A stretch of DNA of 60,344 nt. Origin: Macrostomum lignano (lineage: Eukaryota). The stretch is from contig NIVC01002875.1 in assembly GCA_002269645.1 (NCBI GenBank), positions 1-60,344 of the forward strand, given 5' to 3'. Position numbers and translations under genes: made by a program. Positions 33,762 to 45,000 of the stretch are shown piece after piece. Position 1 is the first letter of the stretch, and every line of letters starts with the position of its first letter. Below the pieces are notes generated by a model. It did no database searches, had not been told where the DNA came from, and saw nothing but the letters and a program-made list of their open reading frames with translations.

Positions 33762-36700
33762 TCAGCGCTTCCGCCGCTTATTGCCCTTGCCCTGCTGCTG
33801 TTGCTGCTTATTCGGTCGTTTGGCAAAAATCTTCTTCCGGCCAGCGGCGCCGTCGCCACTGTCAAAGTCGGCCGCCTCATCCGCCTCGGCGGCGTCCTCG
33901 CCGTCGTCTCCGTCGTCGTCGGCGCCGCCGCGGCGCTTCTTCGCCTGGCGGCCCTTCATCAAATCCTGCAGCTCCATCTTGGCGATGCGCTGCGCTTCGC
34001 TAACCTGTATGAAGGAATGGATTAAAAAGATCAATGAAGGTCAACTAGGCCAACCCATGAAAACGTTACCCAGGCCAAGAAGCGTCCCAGAGTCACGTGT
34101 GTCGCCCCAGGGTTGTCACGGTACAAGTCGCCAAAAAGTCATATTGAGGTGTTTTATTGTCTGTGACTCTGAAACAACTCTGGGGACGTAAAGTCGTATC
34201 TGAGGCGTGCTGGAGTCGTTGTAGAGTTACGTGAGTAGCTTCTAAAGCGAATCTGGGTCACCTTATGAATCAAATTTCGCATTTCAAACAACTCTATTCA
34301 GTCTACCTGAATTAGTAGAAAGTTAAAGCGCTACGTTTGAGTCCTTAAAAAATCGCAGGAGTGGCCCCAGAGACGCCAGAGTCACCAGTGAGTTGTTTGC
34401 AAGGACTTTTTAGCAATTCTTGTCCCGGTATCGATTTAGTGGGGTACCTGCCTGACGATTAGAAAGTCAAAGGGCCATTGTACACCCTGTGTGACCGTGT
34501 GTATGAGTGCTGTGCCTGAGTAGTCTTGGTGCGCTTGTGTGTGCTCAGGTGGGCGGAATGGGCAAAATTGCCTCAGCGCTCACACATGCACCATGATGGT
34601 GTACAGCTGCCCCGAGTGTACTGTCTGCACGTGAAGACGCTGTCCCTTATGGGCGACAAAAATAAGCTGTCACGCACGGAATCGAACTCAGTGAATTCTG
34701 ACGCTAGAGTCGGGCTTTTCAATAAGGACGCCTACCTGATCGCCCAGCCGAACCACCTCGTCCCGGTTGACCTCATAGAGCGGCAGCTTCTTGCCGATGG
34801 CCCGTTCCACCTCCATGTAGAGCATGACGTCGTATTGCGTAACAAAAGTCACCGACTTTCCCGGCCGGCCGGCCCGAGCTGTCCGACCAACCCGGTGGAC
34901 GTAGTCCTTAACGTTGCTAGACAGATCAAAGTTCAACACGTTGTCAACGTGCGGAATGTCCAGGCCTCTGCTAGCGACGTCCGTGGCAACTAGGATGCCG
35001 CGGTCGCGAGCCCGGAATTTATTCAGGGCGGCGATGCGCTTGTTCTGCGCCATCTGACCGTGCAGCGGCACGGCTGAGAAGCCGAGAGCTCGAAGCAGCA
35101 GGGCCACCCGGCTGGCCTGCAGTCTGGTGTGGGTGAACACTATGGTGCTGCCGGACAGCTGGTGCAACAGGTAGGCCAGATAGTGGTCCTTGAGCTTGGC
35201 CGGGATGAACAGGTAATATTGGGACAGCTTGTCCACTGTGCTGTACTTGCCGCTGACCTCCACTTTGACTGGATCGCGAAGGCTGGCGCGTTGCAGTTTG
35301 GCCACCTTCTTGGTCATTGTGGCGCTGAATAGGAAGGTGCGCCTGTCGCGGGGAAGCTCCTGGGACAAGCGGGCGAGATATGGGTCAGAGACTATTTTTT
35401 TTGTTATTATGGATTTGTCAGGGGCGATTCTTACGGTTTTGTCAGGGGCGATTCTTACGGATTTGCCAGGAGCGATTCTTATGAATTGTCAGGGGGCGAT
35501 TCTTATGGATTTGTCAGGGAATATTCTTACGGATTGTCACGGGCGATTCTTACGTATTTGTTAGTGGGCGATTCTTATGGATATGTCAGGGGGCGATTCT
35601 TAAGAATATTTCAGGGGCGATTATTATGGATGTTTAAGGGGCGATTATTATGGATATGTCAGGGGCGATTATTATAGATATGTCAGGGGCGATTCTTATG
35701 GATGTGCCAGTGGCGATTCTTATGGATTTGTCAGAGGCGATTATTATGGATATGTCAGGGGCGATTCTTATGAATACTTCAGGAGCGATTATTATGGATA
35801 TGTAAGGGGCGATTATTATGGATATGTCAGGGGCGATTATTATGGATATGTCAGGCGCGATTCTTATGGGTGTCAGGGGCGATTATTATGGATGTGTCAG
35901 TGGCGATTCTTATGGATTTGTCAGAGGCGATTATTATGGATATGTCAGGGGCGATTATTATGGATATGTCAGGCGCGATTCTTATGGGTGTCAGGGGCGA
36001 TTATTATGGATGTGTCAGTGGCGATTCTTATGGATTTGTCAGAGGCGATTATTATGGATATGTCAGGGGCGATTATTATGGATATGTCAGGCGCGATTCT
36101 TATGGGTGTCAGGGGCGATTATTATGGATGTGTCAGTGGCGATTCTTATGGATTTGTCAGAGGCGATTATTATGGATATGTCAGGGGCGATTCTTATGGA
36201 TATGTCAGGAGCGATTATTATGGATATGGTAGGAAACGATGCTTATGGATTTCGGGGGCGATTGTTATGGACATTAGCAGAAAGCGTTGACAGATAATTA
36301 GAAAGGGTTTAAAGATTTATAGTTTTAAAAAAGAGGAATGCAACGTACCTTTAAAATTTTAGTGAGCGAGTCCTCAAAGTCCATATTGAGAATCCGATCG
36401 GCCTCATCAAGCACTAGGAAGCGGAGCCGGCGCAAATCGAAGCCTTTGGTATCGGCCAGGTGGTCGGCCAGGCGGCCGGGTGTGGCAATGATCACGTGAT
36501 GCTGCCGCTTGGACAGCACAATGGCCTGGTCGGTTTTGTGCAGGCCGCCGACTAAACAAATTGTGCGAACTCCGAGCGGCTTGCCGAGGGCCTGGGTAGC
36601 AACAGGGGTTTGGATGAGGCAAATTCGCCACTTCAGTTCATAAGAATCGCCACTGACACATCCATAAGAATCGCCACTGACACATCCATAAGAATCGCCA

Positions 36701-39149
36701 CTGACACATCCATAACAATCGCCCCTGACACATCCATAAGAATCGCCACTGACACATCCATAATAATCGCCCCTGACACATCCATAAGAATCGCCCCTGA
36801 CACATCCATAATAATCGCCCCTGGCACATCCATAAGAATCGCCACTGACACATCCATAAGAATCGCCACTGACACATCCATAATAATCGCCACTGACACA
36901 TCCATAAGAATCGCCACTGACACATCCATAATAATCGCCCCTGACACATCCATAAGAATCGCCCCTGACACACCCATAAGAATCGCCACTGACAAATCCA
37001 TAAGAATCGCCCCTGACACATCCATAATAATCGCCACTGACACATTCATAATAATCGCCCCTGACACATTCATAATAATCGCCCCTGACACACCCATAAG
37101 AATCTCCACTGAAAAATCCATAAGAATCGCCACTGACACATCCATAATAATCGCCCCTGACAAATTTATAAGAATCGCCCCTGACAAATCCATAATAATC
37201 GCCCCTGACAAATTCATAAGAACCGCCCCTGACAAATGCATAAGAATCGTCTAAAGCAGATGAAAGAAATTGCAAAAATGCTCTGAAGGTGAGCTGAAAG
37301 CCGCACCTGGAACTGCTCCTGAATCTGGATGGCCAGCTCTCTTGTTGGCGTGAGCACCAGTGCAAAGTTCGGGTGCGCCTCGCCATCCAGCAGAGCCTGA
37401 ATGATGGGCAGCGCGAATGCGGCCGTCTTGCCCGAGCCGGTTTCGGCCAAACCGATCACGTCCCGGCCGGACAGGGCCAGCGGGATGGCCTCGACCTGGA
37501 TGGCTGTTGGCGCACGCCATTGCAGGCTGGCGATCACATCGCACAGGGCTTCGTTGACGCCCTGGAATATACAGGATTGGTAATGTGAGCTTTTTGTACC
37601 TAACAGCTATTTAATCTACAAATAATCAGTTTTTGGTCTAACATTTTGGCCTTGATCCCAGATCTTAGAATAGATCCCAGATCTTAGATCCCAGATCTCA
37701 GATCCCAGATCTCAGATCCCAGATCTCAGATCCCTGATCCTAGATCCCAGATCCCAAATCTCAGATCCTAGATCCCAGATCCTAGATCCCAGATCCTAGA
37801 TCCCAGATCCTAGATCCTAGATCCCAGATCCCAGATCCTAGATCCCAGACCCAGATCCCAGATCCTAGATCCCAGATCCTAGATCCCAGATCCTAGATCC
37901 CTGATCCTAGATGCCTGATCCTAGATTTCTGATCCTAGATCCCTGATCCTAGATCCCAGATCCCAGATCCTAGATCCCAGATCCTAGATCCCAGATTCTA
38001 GATCCCAGATCCTAGATTTCTGATCCTAGATCCCTGATCCTAGATCCCTGATCCTAGATCCCAGATCCTAGATCCCAGATCCCAGATCCTAGATCCCAGA
38101 TCCTAGATCCCAGATCCTAGATCCCAGATCCTAGATCCCAGATCCTAGATCCCAGATCCTAGATCCCAGATCCTAGATCCCAGATCCTAGATCCCAGATC
38201 CTAGATCCCAGATCCTAGATCCCAGATCCTAGATCCCAGATCCTAGATCCCAGATCCTAGATCCCAGATCCTAGATCCCAGATCCTAGATCCCAGATCCT
38301 AGATCCCAGATCCCAGATCCTAGATCCCAGATCCTAGATCCCAGATCCTAGATCCTAGATCCCAGATCCTAGATCCCAGATCCTAGATCCCAGATCCCAG
38401 ATCCTAGATCCTAGATCCCAGATCCTAGATCCCAGATCCTAGATCCCAGATCCCAGATCCTAGATCCCAGATCCTAGATCCCAGATCCTAGATCCCAGAT
38501 CCTAGATCCCAGATCCTAGATCCCAGATCCTAGATCCTAGATCCCAGATCCTAGATCCCAGATCCCAGATCCCAGATCCTAGATCCCAGATCCCAGATCC
38601 TAGATCCTAGATCCTAGATCCTAGATCCCAGATCCCAGATCCTAGATCCCAGATCCTAGATCCCAGATCCTAGATCCCAGATCCTAGATCCCAGATCCCA
38701 GATCCTAGATCCCAGACCCAGATCCCAGATCCTAGATCCCTGATCCTAGATCCCTGATCCTAGATCCCTGATCCCAGATCCTAGATCCTAGATCCCAGAT
38801 CCTAGATCCCAGATCCTAGATCCCAGATCCTAGATCCCAGATCCTAGATCCCAGATCCCAGATCCTAGATCCCAGATCCTAGATCCTAGATCCCAGATCC
38901 CAGACCCAGATCCTAGATCTTAGACCCAAGATCTTAGATAATCAATCCTAGATCCCAGATTCTACATCCTAGATCCTAGTTTCTAGATTTTCTGACAATC
39001 CTGTCACTTGAACAAGAATAGAGTTGTATTGCATTTAAAGTGCAGGCATATGTAATGGGGTATACTTGAACAACTCTTACCAAATCTGCAAATGTTGTCA
39101 CCTTCTCCACCTGCATTTCATCTTGCTGTTTGACATCTTCTGTGGCCAT
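33762..39149 (-). CDS. DDX47: DEAD-box RNA helicase DDX47/Rrp3, about 477 aa; exons 39081-39149, 37307-37561, 36349-36591, 34736-35359, 33762-34004
   Basis: Q motif (PTAIQ), [33 protein letters not shown] and [10 protein letters not shown]. The tail [12 protein letters not shown] is DDX47-like. All introns are phase 0 GT-AG (1434 nt). Confidence 0.93.
35406..36275 (+). repeat. 24-bp minisatellite in DDX47 intron 3
   Basis: Unit GTCAGGGGCGATT(A/C)TTATGGAT(A/G/T)T, with a block of about 118 bp repeated near 35920, 36038 and 36156. Confidence 0.95.
36634..37252 (-). repeat. Same 24-bp minisatellite in opposite orientation in DDX47 intron 2
   Basis: Plus-strand unit GACACATCCATAA(G/T)AATCGCC(A/C)CT is the reverse complement of the intron-3 unit. 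Confidence 0.95.
37655..38985. repeat. 7-bp satellite (AGATCCC/AGATCCT)n in DDX47 intron 1
   Basis: Directly visible, mostly alternating units (14-bp period). Confidence 0.98.
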
Positions 39150-42065
39150 AATTGTAAGATTGTCTGAAATATAATAAAACTTCTTAATTATTAACAAGAA
39201 AAACCATTGTTATTACAATAATAGACTTAAATTTACTTTAAAATATTAAGAATGGTTCTTTTGTAGGTTTCTATTTTATATATAAAAGCTAAGATAATAA
39301 ATTTATAACTTAGCTAATAAAAAAAGCCTTACCAATATACCTATATGAGTATATGTATATTATAATACTAGATTAATAAATGATTGGGCTTATAGTATAC
39401 TATACATTTTTTGCACTATGCTTATTATTTATATTAGGCCAACCCCTTAGACTAGTTTTGACTACATGTGCAATACCCAGTAAATCTATCTAATTTGGCT
39501 AAGTGATAAAGTAGACCCTAGCTAAAGCAAGCATATCATAAACCAACCTAAGGCATTCTTCCCAAATCATTCATTAAACTGCTTTTTCAATGATTTTTGC
39601 ATTTTCTCTACTTTGGAAGCTGATTTTTAGCATGTTTAGACATCCTCCAAGCTATTAAAACAGTAAAATAAAAGCACTCTTTCCATCTCTAGACTAGAGC
39701 AGAACAAAAAAGAAGTGAGCAAGTTAGTAAGTTAAACTTGTATTTATACTAACATAGCAAACAAGTTAGCTTAAATATCTGTGATAAAATAATGGCTAGG
39801 ATTGTGTGGGGAAGAGCATGATAAACAAAGGGGGTTGGCTAATTGAAAAGTACAAAGCTGAATTGCAAAACAGAAAGTATAAATCTAACATATGTTGTTT
39901 AATATAGCACTGATGCTTGTTGGAAATGTCTATGGTCCAAAAATGTAAGTTGGTTAGAAGGATTGGAGAAGTCTAAGCACTTAGACTTATATTCTTGCTA
40001 CTAATTAATTCTTGCTAAGACCATTAACCAACCATTAAGTCTATAACACCATGTCAGGAAGCTGCCTTCAAATTGTTAGGAATTTTTAAAGATAGAAAAA
40101 AGTGCTTAAAAAACAAAGTTCAAACCCAAGTTTAAACATTGAAAAAAAAGTTTTATAAACGATTTGAGTTTGAGAAGAATGCCTAATCCTTGTTATAGCC
40201 AATAATTATTATCTTGGACAATGTTTGGCATAGATTGTCCCCTAGCAATGCAAGCATAGTTTGGCATATTGGGTTAGACTAGGATAGGCCTAAGAAAAGG
40301 GGGAAGCATTTAGCATAGTTCAAACTATGGCAATAATATTCAATAGGAAAACTAATTAACATAATAAAATAAATGATAAAATAAATAGGCCTATATAAGA
40401 CAAAACATTAAAAATAAAATGATAAAAACAAAAGAAAAGTAGAAGAAAAAACTTAGGCCTATATGATTAAAAAACAAACTAATTAAAAAAGGAACATTAT
40501 AAATTGAAGCAAAACTAAAGTCAAAGAAAAAAAATGGTTTTAATTGCAAAAAAATCAAAGCTAGGCCTATATTAATATATTGCAAAAAGGCCCTTTAGAT
40601 ACAAATAGAAAACTTTTCTGGCTAGGTAAAATTCAGATTGCATATGTATATTTGGTTGGCTTAGCTACTTTTTAGTCTTGCAGTTCCTTCATCTTCTCTA
40701 TTTCTTCCTGATCATATACTATAGACAATCAACTATATATTGATAAACAAAGCCTAGCTACCTTTAGGCTTTATTTTATTTCTCAAATAGAGCCTATATA
40801 GGGTATAGGGCATAGGGGTTTACAATCAATGGCAATGAGCATAGTAGCATAAACTAATTGGGCCCTAAGTCATGAAGTTTATCTTATTAGGGTAGGCCTA
40901 ATAATGTTATATTTATTTAAACTATATAAAATATAGTATTGTCTATTGAATATTGAGGCTGATGGTAAAAATTGTGGTTACTAAATTGAATTTGTTGATG
41001 CCCCTAGGCCCTATTATAACATTGAATGTGAATAAAACAATTCAATCAGACAGTCAGCAGGCTGAGCTGAGAAGTGAGGGTCAAAGGTATGCAATATTAC
41101 ACTTACAGCAAACTAGGCCTATGCCTATGTTACAAAAATTTTGTCCAAATATATTAGACACAGCTTAAGGGAATTGAGTGGCCACATTTTTATTTCGTAA
41201 TTTTAAAAAACTTATTCACAGTTACTCCTAATCATAATAACTACGACTAAGACAAGTGCTTACTTACAATTAAGACAATTTAACAGCGCATTCAATCAGG
41301 CCGCCGTACAGACTGTAAACCAAATTCCATCAAATACCGGCACGCTTAGTATTACGAAATAAAACAAAAGCTGTGTCTTAAAACTCCACTTAAAAAAAAC
41401 TTACAATATAAGACAATTAGAACTAATTTTTATGTTCTTTTATTGTTTTAGAAATAATTTTTTTAACGAAAAAAGCTTTACATTTCCTGCGACTAATGAA
41501 AATTTGACTTCTATACTCCATTGCTATTAATCGTCAGAATATTATACAAATAATTATTTACACCTGATTTTTTTATTAATACCTCAAAGCTCAGTCGTGC
41601 AGTTTTGACAAAAATGTATAAGCTTCTTCTCTATCACGTCACTTTCTGGTGCATTTTTTTTCTTTTTGCGTCAGTAGATTTCTACGCCAGCGGCATTTAA
41701 ACTCGCAATTTGCAATAGCATATATGGCCTCTTTAGGGAATATGTAACGAACAATAGAGCTATAACTATGGCAGTGTATGAGTTTTTATAATTTATTGTA
41801 AGAGAAATTTTCTGATTTCTAAAAACCTTAAAAAACTTTACCTTCAGGAAAATATTTCTTTTTAGCATAATATATCCTGACTGACTTGATAGATTAAGAT
41901 GGAATTGTCGCAATAATTAGTGAAAATTATACTTATTAATTAATATTATTATAAGATTCCTGCAGTATGGAATTATATTAGTCATATAATGCATGTAATA
42001 AATATATTTATCTATACAATCTATACAATGCATGCTCTAAGACTTGCAAGGTCCCAGTTGCAAAT

Positions 42066-45000
42066 ATGGCACTCGTCTCTATGGAGACCTCGATAACAAA
42101 TGCCGGCTCCACAGAGGAGGCCGAAGCAATTGCCGGCGTCGGAATTGAGCAGAACAGTGCAGAGAGCCGCGCGCTGGTGCCGGTGCTGCCTGAAGAGTGG
42201 CCGCTGCCGCATCAGCAGCGCAGGCGCTACTACAACAATATGGAGTTCACCAGCGTCACGCACACGTCGGTGAATAAAGCCCAAGCCCACATGGAGCTGT
42301 TGCAGAACGCCATCGAGGACTGGATGGCCCAGCAGACGCCATCGCAGATTTCTCAACCTGCTCTGCGAAGCGGCAAGTCGCTCGGCACGGCGAAGTCGAC
42401 GGCGACGTCTGCAAAAAGTGCACCCGCAACTGCAGCCGGAAAGGCCGCCTCGTCTTTGGGTGACGCCTCGGCTAAGCAGGCGCCGCTGGAGGTTGTTGGA
42501 GTCGGTCAGCAGCAGCCGCAGCCGAACTTTGTCTACTACGAGGATGATCCAGGCGTGCCGTACCTCGGCGCCGAGGAGGTCGTGCAGGAAGTGATGCAGC
42601 TAATGGTGAAGCTGGAGAACGATCGGCTTCAGGCTGAGGAAGACATCCGACTGGAGCGGGGCAAAGTTATCGAGCTGGCCTCCAGGATTGATCGATTGAG
42701 CGAGGCCAAGCTGCTGCAGATGCCAGTCGCTGTGCAGGCCGGTGAGTTATGCAATTTGTCATGCCAATTGATGATGTCATTATTTGGGGGGGGGGGGCAA
42801 AGCAGTTTAGCGGTAACAGGTCTGACTCTCGCACTACACCCCAGACCCGGGGTTCGATTCCGTGCTCAGCTACAATCCCGCATTCATTGGGGGCTTCTGT
42901 ACATGTCTGATGATTAGATAGTCAGGGCCGCTGTACACTCTGTGTGAGTGTGTGTCTATGTCAGCGGAATGAGCGGAATTGCTTTTCCAGGGTGCCCACA
43001 ACCATCCTGTAATTTTAATAGTATTTTTATTATGGTTGCGTGTATATCATTTTTGACGTCACAAAGCTTGCATCTGCCCATGTTCTCACTCTAATTTGAA
43101 CTTCAATCGAAAAAACCCCAATTGATTTCCCCAGAACACGAGGCGTGCATCGAAGACATCGCCGAGCTCAACTGGCACGTGCAGAGCAAGCGCAAGAATT
43201 TGGATAAAAGTCGCCGTCGGCACGCCAAAAGTGTCCGAATGAACGAGGAAATCAAAGAAGAGATGGCCTACATACGCGTGCATGAGTGAGCTCATAGATC
43301 TAGCATTTTATACACTCTCCGACAATCTCACATAAGTCGTTTTACAAATGATGCCGATTTTGACTTTTCAGTCCTCTTGTCAGAGAAAAACTTCAGCTGG
43401 AACTTAGCAAAATAGACACCATCAAGGAAGAAGGCAGCGATGTAAGACATTTCTAATCTAATTTGAATGTCACTATTCTATATATTTGTCTACTTTTAGA
43501 TGTACTTCTTGGTTTTTCACTCTGGAGTCTTTGTTACAGAACTTGCACTGCGCCAGATGCAGAAACTTCCTAAAGAATGTCCAACGTGAACTTAAGCCTC
43601 CCTAGATTTTGACCTCTCTTTTTTATTGTAAGTAAACACCTATTGACCCAATTAACCACGTGTTGCCCTTTGCTCCGACAGACTCGCAAAGAGATGCAAG
43701 ACACAAAAAAGAAACTGGACCGGGTCGAAAAGAAGAACAAAGACGCGCACGGAGTGGCTAATCAGGAGCGCGCTCGCATGAAGGGCGAAGTAGACAAAGC
43801 GACGGACAACCTGCAGAAGGCGCGCGACGCGGTGCAAAAAAGCGAAGAGCAATTCGTCGAACTATGCGAACGGATCGTCAACTCTAAGGAGAAGAACCGC
43901 TCCAACAAGCAGGAGATCGAGGAGCTGCGCGTCAAGAATGCGGCTGCCTATAAGCAACAGAATGAGCTGCAGGCCACTGTCGACGAGCTGACAAAAACTC
44001 TGCGCTACGAAGAGCACCAGACGCGACTGCTGGACGAAGAACTGTACCAGACTCAGGACAACCACGAAAAGCTTGTGAGTGACCTCTCGTCCATCTGCGT
44101 TTCCACACTGGTTCTTCGTAAACTTTACTCTGTGACTCAAATATTGGTAAATAAAACGTTAAATAAATCCAGAAAGCCAACCAGGACGCCCAGAAAGCAG
44201 AGATGCAGGCGGCTGTGGACCACAGCGAGGATCGGTACATATTCCTGCGCCGCGAAGCCGATGAACACGCCACGGAACTGCAGGACATGCAGGATCGCTT
44301 GAAGGACTGGTTCGTTTGCATTGGTTTTCGTTTAAAATAAATTTCACGCAGACATACATTTTAAGCATGAAAAGTCTAGTGTTACGCCATTTCAAAATTC
44401 TACAGTGAGCGCCAAAAAGTGGACGACGAGAAGAACCTTGCCCGCATGGAGGCGGAGCTGGAGCGAACGCAGGAGGAAATGGAGCGCATCCTTGAGGAGT
44501 TCGGAAAAGTGGCCCAGGAGCACTCCAACGTGGCTAAGAAGCTGGAGAGCGAGGAGAAAAAAGTGATGTTTGTTGAAGACTCGCTCAAAGCCACGATCAC
44601 GCAGCTGCAGAAGCAGGTTGAGGACGAGATTGCCACTCGCGAGCGGCTGATCGTTCGTATCGAAACAGACACGCGCGACCTGGGGAAATCCAAGGTCGAG
44701 GCCAAGGTCAGTTGCAGGGTCCAATCAGGATGTAAGTAAGGAGGTTTGTAGTACGAAAATTGTTGACTCCGGTCACATCGACCGGAGCGGATCAGTGGTG
44801 TGTGGAGTAGGCGAAAGTGGGTCTGAGGTTTGCCAGATTAATGTCAGCCGTAGGAGGGGTGAACTTCCATGACTTGGGGGTTGTCAGAGTGTAGGCACAG
44901 CGAGTGTTCACAACATGGGATGGATGTCAGGTACTCGTATCGCTTTTACTGCTTGAGAAGGGTTTTTTCAGTTAGCATTGATCATGAAGATGTGGAGAAC

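Noticed and set aside
39421-39660. Protein-like minus frame (ISFQSRENAKIIEKAV**MIWEECLRLVYDML...) as a hypermutated gene relic
   Set aside because: Six stops in 80 codons is about what random AT-rich sequence gives, and no motif is recognisable.
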